Origin: an uncultured Chlamydiae bacterium
GTDB taxonomy: Bacteria > Chlamydiota > Chlamydiia > Chlamydiales > JAJFMA01
Assembly (NCBI GenBank): GCA_963790215.1
Contig: CAWBNS010000010.1
Location: 2,572-66,571, forward strand
Direction of reading: 5' to 3'
Length of the DNA stretch: 64,000 nt
Shown here: positions 9,393 to 19,594 of the stretch, piece by piece
Layout: every line of letters starts with the position of its first letter
Position numbering within the stretch: the first letter of the stretch is position 1
The notes under the pieces: model-generated
Told to the model about the DNA's origin: nothing
The model's input: the letters and a program-made list of their open reading frames with translations, nothing else
Database searches by the model: none
Translations under genes and position numbers: made by a program

Positions 9393-12300
9393 TTATTCAT
9401 ACAGGTCAGGTGCAGCTAATACAGCGGCTTCTATGGCGCTGGTATAGGTCTCCGCTTCCTGTAGAAATTGCCCCACAAGGGCCCAGGTATCCCTGCGTAG
9501 CTGGTCGGCATCGATGGGCTCTCCCGACTGAATCTTCACGTTAAGATTGTTCAAGTACTCGAGGTAGACTTTACCATCGTGATTTTTTAGGATCGTGGGT
9601 CCTGCCAAAAAGAGGATTTCGAGAACGGGGCCGATACCCGCCACGATGACTTGGCGTTCTTCTGCTGACATTTGTGGAACTAGGCGCTCCAACAACTTGT
9701 TCACGATAGGTTGTGCAGCCCAGACCATGCCTTTGCGGGCGATTCCTAATCCTGACACTAGAGATGGAAGTAGGCCGGCTCCTTTGGCTAATTTTTGCCC
9801 GTGACGAACCACTAAGGGTAAGATCGTAATCATGAGTTCGCCGAGAGGTCCGAAGCTGACTTTGGTTTCTAGCATTTTATTGGTATCTAGTAGCTCTTTT
9901 TCTAGCCGTTGTTTTTCTTGTGGGGTAATGTCTGGATTCGCTAGCTGAGCGGTAATGTCGCTGGCTTTTTGCTCTAAGGGTGCTCTTAGTTCTCTGAGAG
10001 CGGAATTAGGTTGAACGGCTTTAGCGCTATCGACTACTCCATCGATGACTTTATCGATAATAGCTGCAGCGGCTTTGCTCACCGCGCTTTTGTCGCCAAC
10101 CTGCGGAAGGCCCTTGGCGTTGTTTAAAGCAATTTCTTGTAGATCGGTGCGGGTTTCTTTAATGGTTGTGGCCACATCTGCATCGGTTCTGGTCAGCACA
10201 TCTGCAGCCAGGGTGTAGCCAGTTCCAAGGATGCCTCCCAAGGCTTTTACGGCAACAATGTCATTGGCCGTTTCTTCCAGTTTCGCTAGTTGTTTTTTGA
10301 GATCTTTGACTCGTCCACGATCGCTGGGAGGAAGCAACTCTTCTACCAGGACAGGTAGCATGACTGTTCCGACACGAAGGGGTCTTTGCTGCAGACTTTG
10401 TGCAATCTTGTTGTGGTCGACTGTACGCTTTTGTAGCACTCGTGATATGCCTTCAAACTTCTTATCGATATCTGCCGGAATGGCCAATCCTTTTAGATTT
10501 GCGGAAAAGGTCCGAAATAGAGCGACCGCAATTTTTTCTGGATCTGCTCCTTGCTGAAGCTGCTTGGTGGCGAATCCAATTAGGTGTGAGGCGTAGTCCA
10601 GCTCTTGCTTCGACGGAATGCGATCGTTCGTGCCTTTAAAGGCCCCAATCAGGGTGTTCAATAACTGTTCTCCGCCGGCTTTGGCGTGTGTTCCTGGAGC
10701 TGCCTGGTCTTCCGCCCAACTGCGGAAAACCGCCAGATGTAATCGCTGTTCAGTGTTATTAAATCCGTGTTCGCTGACTCGATAGATTTTGGCGACTCCA
10801 CCGAGGTTGTCAGCGGTTTTTCTCAAATCTCCTTGGTCGAGAATACTTCTGAAACCTCTGGCAATTTGTTCGATGGAATAGCTGCTTTTTTGGGTGTAGT
10901 CGAGATAATAAGTACCAATGTTTATAAGAGCAGCGCGATTCTTACTTCCTACTTCTCCTTCGGCTCTGAGGGCCTCTAAAACTTTTGGAGAGCTACCCAG
11001 CTGACTCATAAGAGTGCTTATGCGGCCGTCTTGATTAGCAGTTTGATAAGCCACATAAAATGCCCTATTCAGGGGCATCAGCGGTCTATTTGAATCGAGT
11101 GGAAAAACGATGGTTTCCCAATCTGCCAAGAAGGCTTGGAAATTTTCTGGCGTGCACAGCTCAGGTGGAATGACGGGTTTTTCGTTTTGTCGATCGCTAA
11201 AGAATGGTCGTGCGGCCTCCATGAGACGCATCATCTGAAAGCTGACAGGATCCGGCACGTCGGGGTGAACAGGTCTTTGAATGTATTCAGCAACGAACTG
11301 AGGGGTGAGTAGCGTGTAGCCAAGCTGTGTATTGATGTCTTGCGCATAGGCGCCAGCCATCATATGAAGCTGCACCTCTTCGTCTGCTGCGTTGTACTTA
11401 TCGGCATTAATAATGCCTTCCGCTTCATATCTCTGGTATTGGCCAGCATAGTAGGGGCCTCTTAAGTTCTTAACTGCATTAATGGCATCAATATCAAGTT
11501 GTCCGGATTGTGCACTGACTTCTAAGCCCACCTTTACTAACCACAGGGCTGTTTCCAGCGATGTTCGTCCTAACATAGATCTAAGAGCTGTTTCAGTATT
11601 TTTTTGTACGATGCCACGCATCTCGGTTCGTGCCGTTTCTGGAGCATCCGGTGGAACCAACCGCGCTACAAGCTGCTCTTGATAGTTTATGATGCCGGCC
11701 ATGCCTTCATCCAGTGTTCTAGCTACATAAGGCGGAGTTTGATACTGTGCACGGATTTCCTTCAGCACGTTAGGGAATGTCGCACCGGGAACCTTCATTT
11801 TTTCCGCAATCAAAATGGCTGTAAACTCATCGAAAAGAGTGTCTAAACCAATTGGGGTGAAATGCTTAGCTCTCATCATGTCCAGTCCACGCAGCTCGGT
11901 TTGGATATGCGCTCTCTCGGCTAAAAATCCTGCAATTTTTTGCGAATCGGGTAGAGCTTTAACCTCTTTGCGTTCTAGGTAGGTATTGATGGACTGCAGG
12001 AATTGGGTGTCTAAATTATAGCGTTGATAGATAGCGCGCAACTCGACCAGTTCGGTTAAGGCAGCCTCACTAGCTGCACTATCTTCGATCACGGCGCCCT
12101 TAATAACTTTAGTAAGCTCATCTGCCCCGAGAAACTGTTTAAAGCGATCTAACAATCCACCTTGCTTAGTCGCAGCATAATAAAGTTGTACGGCAGGGAC
12201 TTCCTTGAAATGCGTCCCGTTAACCGCTGCTTCCACCTTGTCATGAATCGGCTTTGGAAATTCTTTCTTCGCTTCTTCCCATTGACGAGAATTGAATTTA

Positions 12301-13640
12301 TTTTGGAGATCTTTAAGAGGTTCATTCGCATTTTTGGGATCACTTACTACGGAACGAAATTTGTCGCCCTCTCCCATCTTTTGATAGCGATCTGCCACCT
12401 CCTTATACTCCTGAGCCGTTCTGGAAATTGATTCCGCAACCTCCCTGGGCGTTCCTTCACTGGCAACCATTTGATTATACACATGCCCAGCGCCCACTAA
12501 CTCCAACTTCTCTTTGGCTGATCCTAAAATCCATGGCACTTCGTCAATATCTTTAAAATCCAATACTTGCTTCAGACCATCAGCCATGCGATGTGCACCT
12601 ACTTCTCGCAATCGCACGACCTGTTCCTCTCTAAATGCACCAGGGAGCCCTTTTAAATCGTCCAATGTTTGAATGTTACTCGCGCGGTTCTGCACCCAAG
12701 TGGCAAATCTTTCGTCAGGCAAATCCAGCAACGGACCCCAACTACCCATTAATTCCCTAACCGCATTTGGAAACTCGGGATTCTGAATGAGTTCTGGCTT
12801 TAGCTGGCCCATCATTTGCCGCAGGCCATTATTTTGTCCTATATCGTGAAGAAAAGAAGAGGTCATCCCTCTAGTCTCTGGATCTGCATGTAATCGTTTT
12901 GCAATCTCCAACGTGGGAGCACTTTCTTTTACATGCATCCTTCCACACAGATCAATCAGCTGCTTGATCACGATGACAGAATCAAGGGAGAATTCAACGG
13001 GCATGGCGATTTGGCTCATGATATTAACGGCCTGCTTCGGATCGATCTTGCTCTCCTCAATCTTCCGCCCCACCTCAACGATCAACTTCATGTGTTCAGT
13101 TCCTTGAGGCGAATCATCCAGTAGCATTTCATCAACCTTGGCATCAGTTAATGTTCCTTTAATCCAAGGCTTATCTAATTGATCCTTAAACTCCAAAATA
13201 AGGTTTAATTTTCCTACCAATGGATCAGCCATAGCGCCATTTTCTAAAATTCTATTTAATGGAATGGAATGGTGGTCGTGCAAAAAACTAGTGACCTCAC
13301 CGATGCGTGTTTCTGAACACTGATAGGGTGGCTGCTTAAGGACAGCTGCGATCACATCTGTATTATGCTTTTCTACTAATTGTTCCGCGCGCGCTTGGTA
13401 CCACTGTGCAGGGTTTTTTTCCCGAAAAAAGGTTCGAATCCTCTGATAAAAACTACAGCTGGATGACCCTAAATCCTGTAACTGCTTTGAATCTAATGAG
13501 ATAACACGCGATTGAGTGACGGTGCGATAGGTAATTACTTCTGGATGTTTACCGAGCCAACGGTCAATAGGATCTGCAGACGCTTGAACACCTTTAGGCA
13601 TAGCACCTCTCAATTCTTTATTCAGAATTGCACATTTCAT
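9393..13640 (-). CDS. very large (1415 aa) hypothetical protein; candidate secreted effector
   Basis: Uninterrupted 4.2 kb ORF. It appears mostly helical and I recognise no catalytic motif. Two hydrophobic segments lie near the C-terminus (LMITILPLVV..., VIVAGIGPVLEILFLAGPTIL). Confidence 0.7.
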   Translation of the reverse strand: MKCAILNKELRGAMPKGVQASADPIDRWLGKHPEVITYRTVTQSRVISLDSKQLQDLGSSSCSFYQRIRTFFREKNPAQWYQARAEQLVEKHNTDVIAAVLKQPPYQCSETRIGEVTSFLHDHHSIPLNRILENGAMADPLVGKLNLILEFKDQLDKPWIKGTLTDAKVDEMLLDDSPQGTEHMKLIVEVGRKIEESKIDPKQAVNIMSQIAMPVEFSLDSVIVIKQLIDLCGRMHVKESAPTLEIAKRLHADPETRGMTSSFLHDIGQNNGLRQMMGQLKPELIQNPEFPNAVRELMGSWGPLLDLPDERFATWVQNRASNIQTLDDLKGLPGAFREEQVVRLREVGAHRMADGLKQVLDFKDIDEVPWILGSAKEKLELVGAGHVYNQMVASEGTPREVAESISRTAQEYKEVADRYQKMGEGDKFRSVVSDPKNANEPLKDLQNKFNSRQWEEAKKEFPKPIHDKVEAAVNGTHFKEVPAVQLYYAATKQGGLLDRFKQFLGADELTKVIKGAVIEDSAASEAALTELVELRAIYQRYNLDTQFLQSINTYLERKEVKALPDSQKIAGFLAERAHIQTELRGLDMMRAKHFTPIGLDTLFDEFTAILIAEKMKVPGATFPNVLKEIRAQYQTPPYVARTLDEGMAGIINYQEQLVARLVPPDAPETARTEMRGIVQKNTETALRSMLGRTSLETALWLVKVGLEVSAQSGQLDIDAINAVKNLRGPYYAGQYQRYEAEGIINADKYNAADEEVQLHMMAGAYAQDINTQLGYTLLTPQFVAEYIQRPVHPDVPDPVSFQMMRLMEAARPFFSDRQNEKPVIPPELCTPENFQAFLADWETIVFPLDSNRPLMPLNRAFYVAYQTANQDGRISTLMSQLGSSPKVLEALRAEGEVGSKNRAALINIGTYYLDYTQKSSYSIEQIARGFRSILDQGDLRKTADNLGGVAKIYRVSEHGFNNTEQRLHLAVFRSWAEDQAAPGTHAKAGGEQLLNTLIGAFKGTNDRIPSKQELDYASHLIGFATKQLQQGADPEKIAVALFRTFSANLKGLAIPADIDKKFEGISRVLQKRTVDHNKIAQSLQQRPLRVGTVMLPVLVEELLPPSDRGRVKDLKKQLAKLEETANDIVAVKALGGILGTGYTLAADVLTRTDADVATTIKETRTDLQEIALNNAKGLPQVGDKSAVSKAAAAIIDKVIDGVVDSAKAVQPNSALRELRAPLEQKASDITAQLANPDITPQEKQRLEKELLDTNKMLETKVSFGPLGELMITILPLVVRHGQKLAKGAGLLPSLVSGLGIARKGMVWAAQPIVNKLLERLVPQMSAEERQVIVAGIGPVLEILFLAGPTILKNHDGKVYLEYLNNLNVKIQSGEPIDADQLRRDTWALVGQFLQEAETYTSAIEAAVLAAPDLYE

Positions 13641-13787
13641 GCCAAAATCTATTCAGATAGTTTAAATATAAAACAAAAACATATAATAGCGATATATTAA
13701 AGTTAGAAACGCCGCTTTCGAGGGTAGGCTTCCATTTAAGGCGAGCAGGTGATAAACTACTTACTTTTAACCGAAGTTCGGTCTTAA

Positions 13788-15362
13788 ATGGTGGCTAACA
13801 CAATGGAATTGTTAAAAAAATGTATCTACGTTTGTTTATGCGTAGCGAGTTTACTAACAGCAGACGCGCAAATCCCTTACGTAACAGTAAATGTTCCGAT
13901 GCGAGATGGAACACACTTACCGACGGATATCTATCTTTCTGACCTTGAAGCCCGTGACCTTCCTTGCATCCTGGTACGAACTCCTAATGGTCGTAAAAAT
14001 CACTATCGTCAGTTTGCGCATTTAGCCAACCAAGGGTATGCTGTAGCGATCCAAGATACGCGGAGTGTGGTCAACGTCACCATGCCCTATCTCAGTGACC
14101 ATCCCGACGGGCATGATGCCTTGGAGTGGCTGGCCAACAGTGAGTATTGCAATGGAAAAATCGGCACGTCTGGTTTTTCAGCAGTAGGGATAACGTCGCT
14201 CTTGCTCGCTCCAAACGCTCCTTCTCACCTCCAATGCCAGCACATAGAAGTCGCTGCCAGCAGCTTATACGATCACGGTATCTTCATTGGTGGGTGTTTG
14301 CAGAAGAGTCAAGTTGAAGGCTGGTTAGGGCAATACTCCCGAGATCCTGCTGCGCTAGAATTTGTCACCGCGCAAAATCAGTACAATCCGTTCTGGGAAC
14401 AACTAGATACAGTCGCTCAAGCCCATCATGTCAACGTGCCTGCCCTACATCGCGGTGGGTGGTATGACATTTTTATCCAAGGCACCTTAGACTCTTTTGT
14501 ATCCCGCCAGGAAAATGGAAAAGAGGGCGCTCGTGGTACCCAAAAATTGATCATCGGACCTTGGGGTCATTTCTGGCCGGAACAGACTCAATTTGGCGAA
14601 TTTACCTTGCCAGAAATCGCCAAGCAAGCCCCTTATGACGTCAGCACAGCACGTTGGTTTGGACACTATCTAAAAGGCGAACAAAACGGTATCGAGAAGA
14701 TCGCCCCGGTCACCTATTTTGTAATGGGACCCCTAGATGGTTCTGCATCCAGCGGAAACCAATGGCGAACAGCCGATACCTGGCCTATACCTGCGCAAGA
14801 AACAGCTTACTACCTAACACCCGATAAACAGCTCGCCACCAGACAAACGACTGTGCTGGCCACACATGATTTCTCGCATGACCCAGCGAACCCTGTCCCT
14901 ACGATTGGCGGCCGCAATCTCTTTCTTTCAAATGGACCCATGGACCAACGAACCATAGAAGCGCGTGACGATGTAATAGTATTCAGCAGTCCGGTTTTGG
15001 ATAAAGATCTGGAAGTAACCGGACATATCTATGCGAAGCTCTTTGTCTCAGCAGATACCCCTGATGCTGAGGTAGCCGTACGCCTATGCGACGTATACCC
15101 CGATGGCAGAAGTATTTTAATTGCCGACAGCATCGTACGTACTGGCGGTATAGAAGGCCCTCCAGCAATCAATCGCCCGCAAGAAGTTACATTAGATCTT
15201 TGGTCCACCAGTCAGGTATTCGCCAAAGGCCACCGCCTACGCCTAATCGTCAGCGGCTCCAACTACCCGCGTTTCGACATGACCAAACAAACCGTCCACT
15301 CCAAAGTGCACTGCAGCGATAAGTGCCCGTCTAGGCTATTATTGCCTGTCGTAATGGATTGA
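13788..15362 (+). CDS. CocE/NonD (peptidase S15, X-Pro dipeptidyl-peptidase-like) family hydrolase, secreted
   Basis: 524 aa with an N-terminal signal-like segment. It has the alpha/beta-hydrolase nucleophile elbow GTSGFSAVG and a C-terminal beta-rich domain typical of the family. Confidence 0.7.
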   Translation: MVANTMELLKKCIYVCLCVASLLTADAQIPYVTVNVPMRDGTHLPTDIYLSDLEARDLPCILVRTPNGRKNHYRQFAHLANQGYAVAIQDTRSVVNVTMPYLSDHPDGHDALEWLANSEYCNGKIGTSGFSAVGITSLLLAPNAPSHLQCQHIEVAASSLYDHGIFIGGCLQKSQVEGWLGQYSRDPAALEFVTAQNQYNPFWEQLDTVAQAHHVNVPALHRGGWYDIFIQGTLDSFVSRQENGKEGARGTQKLIIGPWGHFWPEQTQFGEFTLPEIAKQAPYDVSTARWFGHYLKGEQNGIEKIAPVTYFVMGPLDGSASSGNQWRTADTWPIPAQETAYYLTPDKQLATRQTTVLATHDFSHDPANPVPTIGGRNLFLSNGPMDQRTIEARDDVIVFSSPVLDKDLEVTGHIYAKLFVSADTPDAEVAVRLCDVYPDGRSILIADSIVRTGGIEGPPAINRPQEVTLDLWSTSQVFAKGHRLRLIVSGSNYPRFDMTKQTVHSKVHCSDKCPSRLLLPVVMD

Positions 15363-15395
15363 TCGGAAGCATCCTGTCGGTTATATACTACTGGT

Positions 15396-16097
15396 ATGAA
15401 AATCGTCATTTTAGCAGCAGGAATAGGAAGTCGTCTCAAAGGTGTAGGCTCGCCTAAAGCACTGACTTTATTATCCAATGGCCAAACAATCCTCGAGTTC
15501 CAGCTGCAACAAATCGCTCGTTACAGCAGTCTCAGTACTGTTCGCGTCGTTGTGGGCTACAAACAAGAATACATCCGCACCGCGTTTCCACAGCTACAAT
15601 TTGTCGAAAATCCTAATTTTGCCTCTCAAAACACCTCCAAAAGCCTGCTTCGCGCCATCGAAGATCTCGATGAAGAGATTCTATGGCTTAATGGCGACGT
15701 GATCTTTCATCACCGCATTCTTCAACCCATCTTCGACCATCGCAACAGCTGCATGATCGTCAATCGCGCCATTGTGGGAGAAGAAGAGGTCAAATACCGC
15801 TCCAACGGCGCCAACCAAATCCTAGAAGTCTCCAAACAAGTAGCCAATCCCGAAGGCGAAGCCGTAGGAATAAACTTTTTCTCTCAAACAGACTTGTTCA
15901 GACTAAAACAGACTCTACAACAGTGTGCAGATAACGACTATTTCGAAAAAGCCATCGAGAGTTGTATTCAAACAGGATGCAAAGTATGGGCCGTTCCTAT
16001 AAACAAATCCGATTGCATAGAGATCGACTTTCCCGAAGATCTGGAAGCGGCTAATGTGTTGATACAGTCACAGTCATGGAATCAAAAAGAAAAATAA
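15396..16097 (+). CDS. sugar/polyol-phosphate nucleotidyltransferase (LicC/TarI-like NTP-transferase fold)
   Basis: 233 aa. It has the N-terminal MKIVILAAGIGSRLK signature loop. Confidence 0.7.
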   Translation: MKIVILAAGIGSRLKGVGSPKALTLLSNGQTILEFQLQQIARYSSLSTVRVVVGYKQEYIRTAFPQLQFVENPNFASQNTSKSLLRAIEDLDEEILWLNGDVIFHHRILQPIFDHRNSCMIVNRAIVGEEEVKYRSNGANQILEVSKQVANPEGEAVGINFFSQTDLFRLKQTLQQCADNDYFEKAIESCIQTGCKVWAVPINKSDCIEIDFPEDLEAANVLIQSQSWNQKEK

Positions 16098-16099
16098 AA

Positions 16100-16765
16100 C
16101 AAGATAAGCAGGATCGCCTTCGGCGGCAGGATGAGCAGGCATACGCATCAGGCTAAGATAAGTTTTTGATGCGCATATATTTGATAGAAAACTTGTTGCG
16201 AAAGGAAAACCCTCTACGAGGGTTTCTGAATGTAGCCCACCGTGAACCTTGCGAGCGAAGCGAAGACAGGTGTAACGGTGGGAAAATGCACCGAAAACCT
16301 ATTGCACCCCCGAAGGGGCGTGCCTCAAGAGATTTTAAATCAACGGGTTGAGGCACTCTCGTTCGAGAGTGCGAACTCTATTTTGCCATTATTCCCACCG
16401 TTACACCTGTCTTCGCTAACGCTCGCAGGTTCACGGTGGGCTACATTCAGAAACCCTCTACGAGGGTTTTCCTTTCGCAACAAGCTTGCTATCAAATATA
16501 TGCGCATCAAAAACTTGTCTTAGCCTGATGCGTATGGGATGAGCAGGATGATATGTTTGTCCGAGTTGATGACAGATCACCTTTTGAGCGAAGCTCAATA
16601 GGCCGGAACCGGCACCTGAGAGCCAGCAAGGGCGATCATGATCTGCATATCTCTGTAACGCCCTTGCTGGCCTCGGTGCCGGTTCCACTCAGCTTGCTTC
16701 GCAAGAACCCGAACAAACATATCATCCTGCTCATCCTGCCGCCAAAGGCGATCATGCTTATCCTG
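16100..16765. repeat. outer palindromic element interrupted by the MITE-like element
   Basis: 16100-16139 (CAAGATAAGCAGGATCGCCTTCGGCGGCAGGATGAGCAGG) pairs with 16726-16765. The segment 16537-16725 is itself palindromic. Confidence 0.65.
16140..16536. mobile_element. about 400 bp MITE-like palindromic element (CATACGCATCAGGC termini), copy 1
   Basis: The termini are CATACGCATCAGGCTAAGATAAG... and ...CTTAGCCTGATGCGTATG, with long complementary arms. An 11 bp direct repeat GGATGAGCAGG flanks it at 16129-16139 and 16537-16547. A second copy lies at 53698-54095. Confidence 0.7.
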
Positions 16766-16774
16766 TTCTTTTTT

Positions 16775-17851
16775 TTAACTCGTAGCCGCAAGAATCTCGT
16801 CTCTCACTACATCCCAAGGGCGATGCACAAAGCTATAGTCATACACCTGCTTACGAATCTCTGAAAATCGTTCTTTATCGCTAGGAAGCGTCTCTTCAAT
16901 GATCTGGTACAACTGTCCATACTCGTGCGAAAACACTTCCACACCGCATCGAAAGATATACACGCCGCGATCAGTCGCTGAATCCCGACGACGCGCATTC
17001 AGAAAATACATAGGTCGATTAAATGCTAAGAAATCATACCCAACCGCGCTGCGATCCCCCACGTATAGGTCACAGACCGACAACAACGGATAGATCGGCG
17101 TAAAATGCTGCAAAAACACAATATTCTTTCGATGCTGATGTTTAGCCATTAATCCATACACCAACGCAATGCCTGTATTTAGCTCTAGGTTCGGATGAAG
17201 CTTCACGATGAGATTGTAATGCTCAGGCAAACCTGCACAGATAGTATCCGCAGCATCAAAGAAGGAAGTAGATTGCTCTCGATCACTCCAGGTAGGTGCA
17301 TAGATAATGGTCGTTTGCTTCTGTGGGAATTGAGATAGAATCTCCTCCTCCACTAACTGATCGTAAAACTCTTTATTTCGCAGATAATAGTCATAGCGCA
17401 GATTGCCTGACATAACGTAGGAGCGCATTTCTTTTGAAGCATTCCTCTCGCGGATCAGATCGAGCATATTTTGTCCGTAAACCAGGTTCACATCCTGGTC
17501 TAGGCACTCTTCAAACCAATAGCCTTTATCTGAAAACCCGTGAGGGCAATGCACCACGCGGTATCGATTATCACCCGCTTTAAAACGCGCATTCAGTTGG
17601 GTTGAATTCCACATCTCTGAAACAAAATAGACCCCATAACGCTCTGCAAAGTATTGCGGCTTGAGCAACATCCAATCGTGCAATTCAGCCTTCAGTCCAG
17701 GGTAACAGCGAGAAGCATCCTCAAAATGATCTTCTTCGGTAAATAGCAGAGGAATATCCATCAACACAGCCACAGCAGCCAAGTGGTCGGTGAAGTGACT
17801 ATGAGAATTGGGGTTCAACGCTACGCCTGACCAGCCTGCAGGTGTCGTCAT
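16775..17851 (-). CDS. CDP-glycerol/ribitol glycerophosphotransferase (TagB/TagF-like) family protein
   Basis: 358 aa. The blocks IYAPTWSDRE, KLHPNLE and LYVGDRSAVGYDFLAFNRPMYFLN resemble the Glyphos_transf domain. Confidence 0.6.
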   Translation of the reverse strand: MTTPAGWSGVALNPNSHSHFTDHLAAVAVLMDIPLLFTEEDHFEDASRCYPGLKAELHDWMLLKPQYFAERYGVYFVSEMWNSTQLNARFKAGDNRYRVVHCPHGFSDKGYWFEECLDQDVNLVYGQNMLDLIRERNASKEMRSYVMSGNLRYDYYLRNKEFYDQLVEEEILSQFPQKQTTIIYAPTWSDREQSTSFFDAADTICAGLPEHYNLIVKLHPNLELNTGIALVYGLMAKHQHRKNIVFLQHFTPIYPLLSVCDLYVGDRSAVGYDFLAFNRPMYFLNARRRDSATDRGVYIFRCGVEVFSHEYGQLYQIIEETLPSDKERFSEIRKQVYDYSFVHRPWDVVRDEILAATS

Positions 17852-18918
17852 ATCTTCAGAGCAGCCTTCTCAAGTGCTTTATGCAAAAATAACGAGCGGC
17901 GATGCGACAGGTCCTCCTGCGGAATACCCGTTTCCAATTGCGCGATAAGATGCCCGCGACGACAGTTGAAAAATAGCTGGTTAAGCTGAGGAATATCTAT
18001 TCCTGTCAGCCAATCTAGATCCACAGCCAACTTCAACAAACTGATCGCATCTAAAGCTTCTGCAACCTCGATCTTGTACGAATGCATGATCACCCCATAC
18101 GCACGACTCACGCGGTCCATCAGCTCGGGCGACCCATTCAATTTCGCTTGATGACGCACTGTCTTTTCATCCAAAATCAAACGCATAATCGCATGGCGAA
18201 TCAAAGAAAGGATAATCTCCTCTGTCACACCCAGCGTAAAATGATTGGAAACAATGACGATATCTCCCGCAAAATCGCTGGAAGATCCACCGTGCAAACC
18301 GGTGAAGGTCAACCCTTCCTGCTTCAACTGGGAAAGACTCAATTCCAGTTTTTTCGAATGAATCAACGCAGGAAGTTGCAAAAATGACCGAGTCACAAAG
18401 GCCGTCCCACAATGCGCGGCGTTAGAATTAAGAAACCCAAAATTGGAGGAATAAGCGTAATGCAACGACTTACCTAACTCGGTTTCTATCCGCACAAGCT
18501 GTTGCAGCGATTGTTCTAACTCTTCTTTCGCATCAAGAATGGTGAGATCCAGGTGATTTCCAAGATTGATTGTGGCGAGTATGCGCCCCTTCCGCTCAAC
18601 AATAAAACCCTCGCCTCCATGAGCCCCGACGAAACTCTGGAGAGGCATAAAATACTCATATAGCAACTCCTTATCCAGAGAAGTCGCCTCTTCAGCACGC
18701 AGAAAAAGCGGTTTGTCTAACAAGGCAGAACGAATCAACTCTCCACTAATTAAAGCAACGATTTGCTTGCGCTCCTCAGGATTGAGCTTAGCGGGAAACT
18801 TAAACTTTTCCAAATTTCGCTGGAGCGACAAAGTGCTCGCGAGCCATATGGAGTTTTGTTGATGAGCCCAAGGCCGACATTGAGGAAGAAACGAACTCAC
18901 CTGCTTATCTGGGTTCAT
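17848..18918 (-). CDS. mcsB: protein arginine kinase (ATP:guanido phosphotransferase)
   Basis: 356 aa. The guanido-kinase catalytic-domain layout (NLGNHLDLTIL, CGTAF) is present. Its start overlaps the mcsA stop. Confidence 0.8.
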   Translation of the reverse strand: MNPDKQVSSFLPQCRPWAHQQNSIWLASTLSLQRNLEKFKFPAKLNPEERKQIVALISGELIRSALLDKPLFLRAEEATSLDKELLYEYFMPLQSFVGAHGGEGFIVERKGRILATINLGNHLDLTILDAKEELEQSLQQLVRIETELGKSLHYAYSSNFGFLNSNAAHCGTAFVTRSFLQLPALIHSKKLELSLSQLKQEGLTFTGLHGGSSSDFAGDIVIVSNHFTLGVTEEIILSLIRHAIMRLILDEKTVRHQAKLNGSPELMDRVSRAYGVIMHSYKIEVAEALDAISLLKLAVDLDWLTGIDIPQLNQLFFNCRRGHLIAQLETGIPQEDLSHRRSLFLHKALEKAALKI

Positions 18919-19489
18919 CAGGCTTCTCCGTCAGGTTTTTGATCTGGTCTCTTAACCACGCAGCTTGCTCGTAATCTTCCCGGCTCAGCGTTTCCGTTAA
19001 TGCCTCGTTCAGCGCTATGAGCTTTAAGCTAGGGCTTAGCTCCATCTTCTCGCCTGGACCTCGGCCTACATGCAAGGGAGCCCCTTTAGCCACAGCCGAT
19101 TTTTGAGGGATATGCTTCATCGAAACCAGCTCATTCCAAACGACATCCTGGAATACTTCATAACAGTGACTGCATCCAAGTAAACCGCCCATGCGGATTT
19201 CCGCAAGAGAGGTGCCGCAATCGCCGCAAACCAATCCTTGCTGCCCCGCCAAGACTCCCGCGGGAGCCTCTGCATCCAGTGAACCATGCAGATGATGTTC
19301 TAAAAAAGGACAATCCGCACACATAGCCGTACGTGTGACCACGCCATTCACAATTTCCGTGTAACGCACCGCAATCGGTTTATGACACTCGCTGCACTCC
19401 AAAGGACGCTCAAACATGCGCTCGCCAAAATTTTCTTCTGGCTCCCCTTCCGCTTCAGCTTCCGGATTGTCTATCTCTTCATCAGCCAT
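18905..19489 (-). CDS. mcsA: McsA-like protein with Cys-rich zinc fingers and a UVR motif
   Basis: 194 aa. It has repeated CxxC pairs and the C-terminal UVR motif EDYEQAAWLRDQIKNL. It lies immediately upstream of mcsB. Confidence 0.75.
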   Translation of the reverse strand: MADEEIDNPEAEAEGEPEENFGERMFERPLECSECHKPIAVRYTEIVNGVVTRTAMCADCPFLEHHLHGSLDAEAPAGVLAGQQGLVCGDCGTSLAEIRMGGLLGCSHCYEVFQDVVWNELVSMKHIPQKSAVAKGAPLHVGRGPGEKMELSPSLKLIALNEALTETLSREDYEQAAWLRDQIKNLTEKPDEPR

Positions 19490-19594
19490 CTAAAGTTCCC
19501 TCTAAGGGGACTATAGAGGAAGAGATTTAATTATGTAAACGAATCGTGCGCGAAGCAGACCCGAGCTCGAAACTATTTTCGGATACTACTCGGA

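Noticed and set aside
16242-16523. A 93 aa ORF, almost identical to another at 53800..54081, that could pass for a conserved duplicated gene.
   Set aside because: Both lie entirely within the two copies of the roughly 400 bp palindromic element and read across its complementary arms. A mirror ORF exists on the other strand (16153..16356). The conservation is explained by the repeat itself.
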